Assembly: GCA_018398765.1 (NCBI GenBank) | Contig: JAHBMJ010000147.1 | Location: 1 to 55,136 of the forward strand | From: Chromera velia | Lineage: Eukaryota | DNA length: 55,136 bases | Direction: 5' to 3' | In this document: piece by piece, positions 41,908 through 53,019 of the stretch | How positions within the stretch are numbered: position 1 is the stretch's first letter | Layout of the letters: every line of letters begins with the position of its first letter | Notes under the pieces: generated by a model | The model's input: only the letters and a program-made list of their open reading frames with translations | Database searches by the model: none | What the model was told of the DNA's origin: nothing | Translations under genes and position numbers: made by a program

Positions 41908-42086
41908 GGGGTGTAGAGCTGCAGCAGAGTGTAGAGCCGGACGGGGTAGAGCACGAGCGGGGTGTAGAGCGGGCGCGGGGTGCAGAGTCGGAGCGGAGTG
42001 TAGAGCAAGAGCGGAGTGTAGAGTCGGAGCGCGGTGTAGAGCACGAGCGGTGTATAGAGTCAGAGCGGGGTGTAGAGCGGGAGCGG
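41908..42086 (+). repeat. About 10 copies of an 18-bp unit (G(G/A)GTGTAGAGnnnGAGCG) inside a candidate exon 41871-42107
   Basis: Seen directly; flanked by a TGCAG acceptor and a CAG|GTCTGT donor. Confidence 0.85.
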
Positions 42087-44639
42087 ACGTCGACGCAACT
42101 TCAACAGGTCTGTTCCCGGTTCTACAGACTTGGTCGGGGAAATTTTCTGTACCGAAGGCCATGGCCAGTGACAGTCTCGTTCCGTTTGTATGCATGCATT
42201 ACTGTGAGGTTCAGCAGTTGTGGGTCACGAACGACGGTGCTGCAACGATTTGTGATCGTGGGTGCAAAGCCTTCGGTCTATTCGGTCGTCTCTTTCTTTT
42301 CGCATGCAGCACAGTTGCTTCCTGCTGTGCGACCCTATGCGTGCTCGTGTGACACTGTGCCTGCAGCCTGGCGGGAGGGGCTGGGCAAAACGGGACATCA
42401 AAGCGGTGCTTCGACAGGTCTGTCTTTCTGTTCATGTGCTCATTACAGCCGAAGACGTGCGCACATAGAGTAGGGCAAGGTTCTTTAACGTCTGCTCGGA
42501 ACGTCCAAGACTGCGTGACTTTCCGTTTCTCGGTGCTTCCGGATTTCAATCGGACAGCTCGCTTTCTTTCTTGCAGGCAGCGCTGCACCGACGGGTGACG
42601 GGCAGACATCGGCCACTGGGGGGCGGGAGTGCGACGTCATGGAGGCCCGTTGCTCCCCAGTCTTTCTCCGACGCAAGGAGGGCACGTTGGCAGGTCCGTC
42701 TTCGCATTCTTTCTGTACACGGGCACGCGGACGAAAAGGATTGCAGAGTACAGCACGATTCTTTAGCTTTGGACCGGACAAACGAAAGGGGCCCTAATCT
42801 TTCATATATGCCTGGCTTTACTGCAGGTTTGGTCGGGGATCTGGGGTCTCCGAAGGATCGGGGACTGGATTCGGGATGTGAAGGTCAGCGGCGAGTCTTT
42901 CCCTTTTTTCCCTGCGGTCCTTCTTCGTTTTGTGGGCACGAGAAGTGCAGAAGCAGTAGAGAACGGCAAGGCTCTTTAGCTTCTTGTCGCCCATTCTTGT
43001 CTGCCTTTCCTTTTTTTTCGTTTCCCGTCACTGCTGCACGAGAGCAGTAGAGTACCGCAACGCCCTCACGGTTTTTCGATAGAGCGCTGTCTCTGCAGGG
43101 GCCAGAATGGGCCGTCGGAGCACTTGGGAGGCGACACCGCTCCACGGGAACGGGGGGGACTCAGCCTCCCAGCGAGGCGGTGTTTGCACAGGTAGCTCGG
43201 TCCTTCTGCGGTGCACTGCCGGCTTAGGAATGTCGCGTGGGCTGCAGTCAGAACCGAGGGACAGTAATTGTGGTGCTGTACACGCCGTTGTGTAGACGGG
43301 AGAGACTTCGATGCAGTCTCCAACATCCGGGCGCATCTAGCGTCGAGCCGTGCACGAAGTCTCCTTCTATCTCTTCTCTTTGCAGGTGCGAAGATCCAGG
43401 GCAAAGCGGGAGCTGACGAGGGGAACTTGAGAGGTCTGTCTTCGCGTTTTGCCGCATGACCGCTTGTTCTTGCTACAGCTATGCAGTCGATGCAGGAATG
43501 TCTGTCTGGAATGTCGTTCCGCTTTTCTCGGTTTGTCTTTCTCCTACGAGGAATCGAAGCTCGCAAGGATTCTTGTGTTTTCTGCGTCTGCTCCGTCTTG
43601 TTCAGGCGGCTTGGTGCACCTGCGGGGCGGACAGTCGGAGTCCAAGGAGCGCGTGGGGGTGCGGGTTCCCCTCCAACACGACGACAGTACGTCGGCAGAT
43701 TTGTTTCCCTCCTTCAGTTTGCTTTCTTCAGTCTGGCCGAACAAACGCGCGAGAAATGACGTAAAGTACACCAAGGCCCTATAGCTTTGGCAGTCTGGGC
43801 GAGAAGACCCGCGATGGAAAACGAAAGAGAGTACAACAGGGTTCTTCGGCTTCCAATCGCGCAGGTCTCTCGTATGGGGGCCCCTAGTTGGGTCTTGCTC
43901 CTCTTCCCTTTTCCCCCTCTCCAGGTGTGTGCTCGTTTTCGCCCCGCCCCTCTCCGTCCGGTTGCGTTCTTTCTGGCTGTCTCCGTGTTCATGCATGAGT
44001 TCGATTCCGCCCTTTTTTCCTGCAGTTGGCGGGAACCCCAGGGGAGCGGGGCCACATGGCCGTCCTGGAGGTGGCGGTCCCGGCCGAGGGCTGTTCGGGG
44101 GTGCGGGTGGGGGGCGGAGAGGAGTTGAGCCTTCAAGGCCTCCCCGGGGTACGTTGGTCAGCGGGTGTCTTTTGCATCTTCCGCGTACGCGGTCCGCACG
44201 CCCATTACTTCCGGCTCGGGACTCTCTCTTGCTCTTTGACTGCATTCCGTCTCTCGTTTTTCCTGCTTGCAGGTCTTGAGCAGCTTCGGGGTGGGCGTGA
44301 TGGCTGTGACGCGAATCGGGCGTCGAAGCTCCAGAACACGGTGAGTCGGCTGCCTCTATCCCTTGTGTTCGCTAGGTCGTACGCTGTCGCGTTGCACACT
44401 GTGCTTCTTTCTCTTCTGTGCAGCAGTTCCGCGACGTTGTGCGAGGAGGCGAGCCGTTCCAGGAGCGTCAGGGTGTGGACACCGACGTTGCCGCAGTCGA
44501 TTTTCCGTTGGTTCGGTGAGCAGTCGTCGCGACTCCAGGTGGCCGTCCGTTAGCGTCCCTGGTCCTATAGATCCTCCGCTGTTCTCATCTCATCGATCTG
44601 GCTGTCAGTTTTCATAGCTCTATTTCCCGTCTCTGTACG

Positions 44640-44825
44640 TGGATTTTGATCTCTCTGCCTGGTTTCGATCTCTCTTCCGCGCTTTGCTGCATTCATGGTC
44701 GGACCAGACGGTGTGCCGGATTGGATGCGTGTGTAAGCTCGTTCACGTGGCTGAAGGTGGATCGCGTCCGTACGTGGTTTCGATCTCTCTTCCGCGCTGC
44801 GCTTGGCTGCATACATGGTCGGATT
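44640..44825. repeat. Local direct duplication (TGGTTTCGATCTCTCTTCCGCGCT...GCTGCAT.CATGGTCGGA, two copies)
   Basis: Seen directly near 44660 and 44774. Confidence 0.8.
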
Positions 44826-45398
44826 GATGTCCTTCGTATTTTATTCATGGCCTTCATGTGCGCATTAGATCTGCTCTCCCATTTCCGCTGGCGTGTCGAG
44901 ATTGTTTCTGGCTCGAGACCACTGTTTGACAGCGTTTTGTCCCCAACCGTCTTTGTTTGCCTGCAGGTCTCGAACAACGTCTGGGCGGGCGTGATGGCTG
45001 CGACGCGAGACTGGCATCGGAACTCGAGAACGCGCCGGTGAGTCGGCGGCCTCTGCTCCGCTTCCTTTGTGGAGCTACACTCTTTCTTTTGACATCGGAT
45101 TCCTTCTTTTTCTTCTCTCTGCAGCTCTGCCGTTTCCGTGTGCGAGGAGGGGGGCCACTCGAGAAGGGGGGGGACACCGGCGTTGCCGCAGGTCAGTGTT
45201 TGTCCGCCGGTTACTAGTCGTTCAGACTCCAGTTTGCGTGAGCAGTCCGATCGATCCTCATCACACCTCGTCGTGGTTTTTGCGTTGGCTCTCTGCCTCT
45301 CGTTCTTCCCTCCCCAGCCGTTTCCACTCCATTCCGTCGGTGTGCATCCTGTCGTTGCTGCTCGCGTGCGGGCTGCGGAGTGGACGCTGTCGAACAAG

Positions 45399-47786
45399 AT
45401 GAAGAACCGGCTCGCCCACGCGTACAATGGGAATTCGACAAGCCTCGAGCAGGCCAAGAGGAAACTGGGAGACGGCAATCCTCCGTTCCCCTTTGACGAT
45501 CTCCCCACCGACCGGAATGACAACCTTTGGAGCCAAATCCAGGAGAAATACAAGCTGACCCTTCCCGAGCTTTCCGCCTTAAAGAACGAGCGCTGCCCCG
45601 CCCCCAGCTCCGGTCAGTCAATGCAGGCTTGCCCCAACATTTCTCCATCTCTTCATACAATCTCAGAGGCTGAAGAGAAGAAACTGTGTCAAGAGTTCGT
45701 TCGCCGGAGAGAAGATCTGGCCTACGCCCTCGGAAGTGTCAACAGGGAGGATGCGTCCACCTTTGCCGGATTTTCTGACTACACAACCGATATAGCCAGG
45801 GAGAATTTTGTCAGGGGCACCTTTCCACCTGAGCACTCGCAAGGTTGGTCAGCAGCTGAACGATTTCTGCAATAGGCCCACAGGGTCCATTCTCTGTGAA
45901 CTAACGCATGAAGTCATCCCGGCCGTCTCTCCTCGTCTCACCCCGAAATTTCTCTAGCATACATACAGCAAGGTTCTTTAGCTTCCAGTCGCACAGTTCT
46001 CTTGTATTGGGTTCTGCGCTTGAGGCCTCCGGGTGTTCGGTGCAAAGGCGTGGTGTTTGGTGCAAGACCTCCGGGCGTTCAGTTCATGGACGTGACGTGA
46101 CGTGGCTGAGACCGACACGTGAAGTCAGAAAGGAGGGGTCTTAAGATGTCTCAACGTGTGAGTGTCTGCGGGGGCCGTGCCGAACGAAACATTCTCCATC
46201 ATACATTCGACATTCCCATGACCGAGGTCATTTTGTTTTATTTCTTCTTCTTCCTCCCCCTCCTTTTCCTCTTCTTTATTGCAGGACATAATGATGCTCT
46301 GGTGGAAAAGGTGGACAAGGTTTACGGGCAGTTGTCACATCTTTCTGCGCTTCCGGCCGAGATGGCACGTCTCGCTCTGCATCTGGAAGCGAAGGAACTC
46401 TCCACGCCTCTCACCCCGGCTGAAGTCGGTAGAAACACGCTGGCGCGCTTGGAGCGCACAAAAAATGTGATTGACTTCAGGCCGCCAAAGGAACCACCGC
46501 CAAACGCCGTTTTGGGTCCCTTGGCCTCAGAAAGTGACGCGAGGAAATTGAAGGACAGTCAGACTGAGAAAAGAGTCGTCGCCATTTCTACGCGGTGCCT
46601 CTCTCGCGTTTTTGAGGATAGTGACATGGGGGTCTTGGTCAACTCGGAAGACTTCGTGTGGCTCGGTCCCCCTGAACATCCCGAATCGAGGAAGAAGGCT
46701 GACCTGTTTCTGTGTAATCCGGCTGTGTACGCTCCGAGAGACCCGCCAAAGAGCGACGACGGAACGTCTGAACGAAGTGACTCCTATAAGTTCGGAGTGC
46801 TCGCAGACTGGGATCTGCGAGACTCTGTCGGCGCACTCTTCGAAGCCAAGAAAGATGAGAAGCCTGACAATGCAGCACTGGGCGAGCTGGTCAACTATGC
46901 AACCAAGTTGGTAGAGGGCCTTGGACAGAGGGAGAAATCGGAACTTGTGCTACGAGGCGCGGTATTCGGTCGCTTGGAAATCTGGTTTGCGGAGTTTGAA
47001 GAAGGTGTGTGTTCCAGAATCGTGAAGCTGAAATGGACGGATGAAGGGTCCCTCCAATACGCTCGCGACTTCTTTGCGCCTGCGATGAAAAGCCCTTGGA
47101 TGAAAACTCTTGGGGATATCAGAAAGGAGGCGGGAGTCTCTTTTGCCCATGACAAGGGACAAAAGGGTCGAGGAGCATTTCTCGGCAGGGGGGGGTTTGG
47201 CCGTGTTTTTGCTGTGAATCACGGTTCTTTCAGCTCACCCTCAGCGAGTCAATCGACACTCAAGGCGCTGAAAATTGTCAGGGGGGAGAACAGTGGCAGG
47301 GACTTAGTAGCCGAGCGTGAGCGTCTCGTTTGTGCTGCCCGAAAGTGCGAGGGGACGGTCGTGGCCGTGGCGTCCAAAGTCTTGTATTGTACAGATGGGG
47401 CAGAGCTCCTTCTCGATGAAGTCGGGCAATCGGTTTTGGCAGAGAACAGACAGCACCTCACTCCATCCTGTCTGGACGCCCTGTGCACCCTTCACAAGGC
47501 CGGCGTGGTACATGGAGATCCCCGGCTGCACAATATTGTCAAAGTCGAAGGCGGCTTGAAGTGGATCGACCCTCGGGAAAGCCAAGAAGGTGTCGATGAC
47601 CCAGCGAAACTTTTCGAACATGACATGAAGGTCCTCTGTTCTTCGCTGCTGGGGTTAACTGCATTGAGGTTGGACGCTCTTCCTCACACAGTGTCTGAGT
47701 CAATCAAGAAATACATCGATGCCAATGCAAAAGACGCTGCTGACGTGATTGCAAAGGTCGCTGAATATCTTCGACAAAGATCCTGA
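45399..47786 (+). CDS. Crinkler (CRN/CR-effector)-like protein: helical N-terminal header, PD-(D/E)xK nuclease fold and protein kinase; exons 45399-45612, (45667-45843), 46285-47786
   Basis: Phase-1 splice sites join in frame. REase motifs VNSEDFVWL, KADLF, KFGVLADWDLRD, FEAKK, GELVNY. Kinase motifs LGRGGFGRVF, ALKIV, LH..GVVHGDPRLHNIV, WID. No stops or frameshifts. Confidence 0.85.
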
Positions 47787-49229
47787 ACGCAGATCTAGGC
47801 ACAGGAACAAGACAAGCGCTTTCAATTCGTCTCTTACCGCCGCTCAGCATTGCTGCTTCAGACCGCCCGGGGCGCTTGTCACACTGTATGCTAACGGAGT
47901 AGGACAAGGTATACCTAAACTTGAGTGTCACAGATCAGCTTTTCCCGTCTATAATAATATTCATCAGTTCCAATCCTAGGCTTTTTCTAGCTGTCATTGT
48001 GCACCTGGGACTAGCTAGGACCTATAGGTTAGGACTTATCCAAAACTTGAAGGCTATAGGACTGTTTTTAAACAGTGCTTTAATATAAGCTTTACTACCA
48101 TGGGCGACAAAAGTATTGTATATTTTTTTGTGGAGTTGGCGAAGATTCGTTTTTGAAGTTGACACTGGATCAAGCAGGCTAGAATAGAAGTAGATACAGC
48201 ATAAAGTATTACTTTAAAGTAATTGGCTTTATACGTCCTCAATTAGCAAAGCTAGATTGAATTATAAATTTATGTCTTACTTTTTATAGGCTTGGTCGAT
48301 CGGTCACTTCAGAAAAAATAAGTTTACTTATATTTGAGACACATTCTCCCCACAACCCCTAATTAACACCTGATTGAAACTGTTATAGCTTACTAATTTA
48401 ATTGTATAAATGTTTACTTCTTGTTATATTTCATTGGCGCTAGAGAGATCAAAAGATGAGTATACAAAACTTATGTCGCCCATGGTAGTAATAGTACTTA
48501 GGGCATGCAAACGCGTTACTGGCCAGGAGGAACTTTATTCAAGTTATTTGAACTATTTACTAGTCTGGCTCGGTCTACTCTAGGGTCTACTACTACCGTG
48601 TGGTAGCTCTAGGTCTGGCTCAGACTAGCACCATCGATCATCCTACCTAGTCTGAGTACCCTATACTAGTGGGCAACGTTGCTAGTACCGTGGGCCGGAC
48701 CCCCAGGGGCAGTTTTAGGGCTAGCTTTAGGGTTAGCTATACTGAATGCAAGAGCCCTGACAGTGCCAGAGACTGCTCATTAAAGGGAATGAGACTGGGC
48801 TTTCCTTTAAGTTCAAGTTAGCCTTCAAGCAGGGGGACTGGGCAAACCTGGTCTCCATCATAGAAAGGAGAGAGGGAAGGCAGGGGAGACAAGGAATGCA
48901 TGGGAGCGTGTCTTTTCCTCCGTCCGTGAAGCAACAGCTAGTGAGCGTTAGAGCAACTCAGTGCTAGGCTATAGCTTCACCTATATCTGATCTCGATCTT
49001 GTGGCCTCATCAACAGAAGGAGTATCAGTGTATGGTCTTGCTGCTTAGCCTCTAGATAGGCCAGTTTGATGCAGTATTTTCTGTTTGATTGCATTAATTT
49101 GTGCATGTTCTATCGATCCGACATGCGTGCTGCATGCATGTGCATGCATTTTTGTGTTACCTGCTTTCGCTTTGCGTGTAGGCCATGAAGCTTCGACTTG
49201 GCGTGGATTGACTTGACTTTGCTGGTGCC

Positions 49230-49620
49230 ACTTTACGCCGTCTGCCTGCCTGACCAACTTTCAGAAGGAGAATAGTAGCAGTCAACGTTTTGCAAAATTA
49301 GTTCTCGGAAGCTTAGTGGAGGGGAGGAGGGGCTCATGGTCTCCCTTAGTAGAACCTCTCGCCAAGTAGTTCTTGTCTTCCCCTGGGGCAGTTTTCCACC
49401 CTTTGTTGCGCGCCATTGTTGGAGGGGGGGCAAACCATGAGGGGAGGGTTGAATCAATTTGCAAAGCCTGTGAAGAGAGAAGTTGGAAGAAATTGATTGA
49501 TGATCCAATTCACCGTCTGACAACTTGTGTCCGAACGGAGGTACTGCGGGGGAGACTGAGTGATCTCTGGTATAGGCGACTGGAGCGTATGTCAATAGAG
49601 GAAGTATGTGAGCACGGAGA
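49230..49620 (-). pseudogene. Possible decayed DDE (MULE-like) transposase fragment
   Basis: Hand translation of 49385-49513 (minus) gives NWIINQFLPTSLFTGFAN*FNPPLMVCPPSNNGAQ, reminiscent of the MULE W...(T/S)NN..E motif; stops present. Confidence 0.25.
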
Positions 49621-50376
49621 GAGATAGGAAGCCCAGGGGGGTAGGGGGGTGGGGCAGGCCGAGGAGCGGGTAAGGCGGTACTTCTCACTTCTTCTTCAGA
49701 GGGACGCCCAAAAGGCCAGTACCCTCATTGCTGCATGTCTAAGACCGGACTGATCAATTCTGGGGAGCAGTGGTTTGCTAGCTAGTAGGCCTAAAGTTCG
49801 GCCGCTTTAAGTGAGCATTCGCTAGCGTGCTCCTAGCTTGCAATATGACATGAATGCTCACAAACTGCCTTTTGCCATTAAGACATGATAGCTGGCGGCC
49901 GGGGTTAAGTCATCTCATCATCAGTGATCGTACCAGGAGGCTAGCCAGAAGGGCTTTACTATGGCTAGTACTGTGGTACTTCGCTCATAGTAGTCTAGAT
50001 AGTAATCGTTTGACAGATATGATATTTGCTTCATACGTGTGTATCTCTGACACGGTATAGCCAGTAACACAGTACAGCTCCCTTTATTCCGACTCGGAGT
50101 CAAGCATGCTGCATACATAAATTCTCCTTCGTTGCATTGCTTTCAATCAGTCTGGACACTGAAAGCAGTCCTCCCGCCCTTTAATTTAACTTCTATTATT
50201 TAAGCGACCTTCTACCAGCCCCAGTAAGGCTTGAAGAAACCTGCAGATATCCACGTTAGAAGAAGTATGTGATAAGGGGCTGGTTTGCTATCGCGGAGAA
50301 CCTGAGCAGCACAACTTGAATGTAGGAGGGCGTGCTGATCTTCTCGTTTTGGCTTTCGGAGGAGTAGGGCATGTGA

Positions 50377-50925
50377 AACCTAGGTTTACATATGCAGAGA
50401 ATTTCTCTTTAAATTTTGACTACCTCCCTGACATTACCAGTCATTTGAAAGAAAAACGTTCAAGTTCATCTATGAATACGACTTTTTCTTTCAAAAACTA
50501 ATCTGCGTTTGCGGCCTAAACTTTCAAGATACTGTCCGCACATGTGGCACAGAGTTTCAAGATATAGTGCATGGAGAAAAACTATTCGCAAGAGCAAATT
50601 AAACATAAAATTCAAGTGGCTTGTAGTGTCAGGAACCTCCTTGAACCTAAGTGTCACTTAAAAAAATATAATCAAGATGATCTCTATGTGCGGCATTGTT
50701 TTTCAAGAGACCGTCCACGCCTACGGCGTAGATGGTCAAAACACCGTTCAACTATGCGGCTTTGGCTTTCAAAACACCGTAAATGATCCGCACCTACGGC
50801 GCGGACTTTTAAGCTTATCCAAAAATGCGGTTTGAACTTTTAAGTGGTAGTTAGGTTCAGGGAGGTCGTGTCAGGGAGGTCATTTGACAAAAAAAAATAT
50901 GCAAACCTAGATGTAAACCCAGTTT
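50377..50925. mobile_element. MITE-like element with imperfect inverted termini
   Basis: CTAGGTTTACAT...ACCTCCCTGACA at the left versus TGTCAGGGAGGT...ATGTAAACCCAG at the right; internal short repeats (CCTACGGCG, TCAAAACACCGT). Confidence 0.4.
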
Positions 50926-51618
50926 TTTTCTCTTTTTTTATATGCCACACCCAACATTGAGTTTAAATTCAAAGTTGCATGGACTATTTACTAAGTCTTT
51001 ATCAGTGGATTTTATATTAAACTTATGTAGTAACTACTAGTATTTACCCCCTTATTATTATTAACTCCTTGAGCTGAGGCTGCTGAAGTTCGGAATAGTC
51101 TTAAACTTTGTTGTAGAAGTTCGGAGTGTGCTTTGAGATAAGGGATCTAGTAAGGGGTGCAGAACTTCAGAGGCTACTGCGGCCAAAGGCCGCAGAATGT
51201 TAACGCGACGAAGTCACCGCGGCGTGACAACTACAAGCAGAAAGTATAAACATTCAGTAGTGTTCAGCAAAATCGCATGCAAATTGATGATCCTGCAAGC
51301 TCTTGCAACAATTACAGCAAAACTTAGAAAATATAAGTATTCAGCTGTGTTTAGTAATCCACCATCATGATGAATTGCATTCTTGGTGATAAAACGTTGA
51401 ATACCTTTCTAAACCTATGTTCGGCATTGGGGTGGGAGGCCAATCCTCCAGACATTCATCCTAATCCTAATCCTAATAAAAATTTTATTTGAAAACCTAT
51501 TAAAGCCTATCTTTGTTGGTCATCATTATTTATCGTTATTCATCGTTTTTTCAAACCGCTCACTTAAAAAGACTAAAAGAGTTAATTCGATTTTTATTTA
51601 AGTGACTATAATTACTCT

Positions 51619-51703
51619 ATGTGTGTAATGAGCTAGTTAATGAATGTGTGTGTTAATTAAAGTAAAACAAATATGATCGAAGCTGGGACCGGCACATACA
51701 CAA
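51619..51703. repeat. 85-bp perfect direct repeat, copy 1 (probable long TSD)
   Basis: Identical to 52935-53019. Confidence 0.95.
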
Positions 51704-52935
51704 TTTTTTGGGTGAGAGAAATTCTTGGAGAAATCTAAATTCGGAGTAAATCATATATATGAATTCAACATCTTAATTATATCTAAAGTAATCTAATTGG
51801 CAGTAGAGTTGTTAAATACCGCATACCGGTTATAACCAGCCGTTTTTGTACACTGTGCTGTTAGGAGTAACCACCGGCCCTTTTTAGAAAGCTTTTGGTT
51901 ACCATCAAATTGGTAACCAAAACTTTGTAACTAGGGGGGTCTGAGGGGATTACCACTACCGCGGTAATCTGGTTATATCTGCCCATAAATGTGTTGCTAA
52001 TATAGGAGAAACGCATCTTTAAAAACTGTATACGAGTATAGTACGACGTAAAACAGATCATTTTTAAACTTTTTTTTTCTAAATTGTTTCTATAATATCA
52101 AGAACTTAACTTTAACTTACACATACCACACATGAAGGGGAATTTGTTTGTTTCTGCCAAAATTAAGGATGCCTAGGGAATGGAATGCATGAAAAAGGGA
52201 GACAGGGAAGAAAGGGGCAACTTCCCCCTGTCTGCCTCTTTATCAGGACTACAGAGAGCTCTTCCGTCTTCTTTACGTTCTTCTCTATTTCTTTTGTCTT
52301 CAAAGAATGGCCCTAAGGTACGGATGTCCTGTCTGCCGAGAAGTGCCTTATGTGAGAAGATTGAGCCACTCCTAAGGACATTGATACTAAATCGGAAGGG
52401 TCTAACGGGGGGGGCCAACTCTCCGGGAGAGATGTTTTGTCTGGCAGAGGGTTGTTCAAATGGAAGAAAAATTGATGATCTCTGGCACCGGCTTTCAGTA
52501 TGCTCCAATTGGGTAGAAGCAAGAAATAAACTAAACAAAGTGGTAGAGGGAAAGAAAGTGAAGCAAAGGATTCAGAGAGAAGGAATTGAGGGATCGGATA
52601 CAGCCGAAACAGAAGCAAGGAAGATGCTGCTTTTGGCTTTACAAGTCGATCCGTATGAAGCATGCAGAGCCGTTTGCGATCTTTGTCACTCACTGTGCAC
52701 GCCTGTCTCTGTGTGAACGCGACCTTTTCTTCTTCTGTTCGAGTCTTATATTGCCACCTACAACGCGCATGCTGCTCGTGAGCTCACCAAGCGAGCACTT
52801 CAGGGGATCTCGCGCTTAGCCTTATCTCTAGAGTTGAGTGAAGAGTTGAGTGATTGACGATCTCTTGCATGAACATGGGCTGCTGGGAGCACGGCTCCAC
52901 TCTAGCAAAGCCAACTTCATTCATTCATTCATTCA
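51704..52935 (+). mobile_element. 5'-truncated non-LTR retrotransposon (RTE/RTEX-like) 3' end
   Basis: ORF 52180-52716 has a CCHC motif (CLAEGC-x10-H-RLSV-C) like LINE ORF2 C-termini, then about 200 bp of UTR, a (TTCA)5 tail at 52916-52935 and the flanking 85-bp duplication. Confidence 0.7.
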
Positions 52936-53019
52936 TGTGTGTAATGAGCTAGTTAATGAATGTGTGTGTTAATTAAAGTAAAACAAATATGATCGAAGCT
53001 GGGACCGGCACATACACAA
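52935..53019. repeat. 85-bp perfect direct repeat, copy 2
   Basis: Identical to 51619-51703; directly follows (TTCA)5. Confidence 0.95.

Noticed and set aside
45138..45398. Hydrophobic stretch HLVVVFALALCLSFF as a signal peptide of the effector
   Set aside because: The ORF start is GTG and the stretch coincides with a pyrimidine tract ending in a CAG acceptor near 45317; it is probably intronic and lies upstream of the ATG at 45399.
48713..48737. TTTAGGG telomere-like motifs
   Set aside because: Only two non-adjacent copies.
51801..52120. hAT-like terminus TAGAGTTGTTAAATACCG
   Set aside because: No matching opposite TIR or TSD could be found by eye.
51620..53018. TRIM or small LTR element (the repeat can be read TG...CA)
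   Set aside because: No flanking 4-6 bp TSD, PBS or PPT; the (TTCA)n tail and CCHC ORF fit a LINE with a long TSD better.
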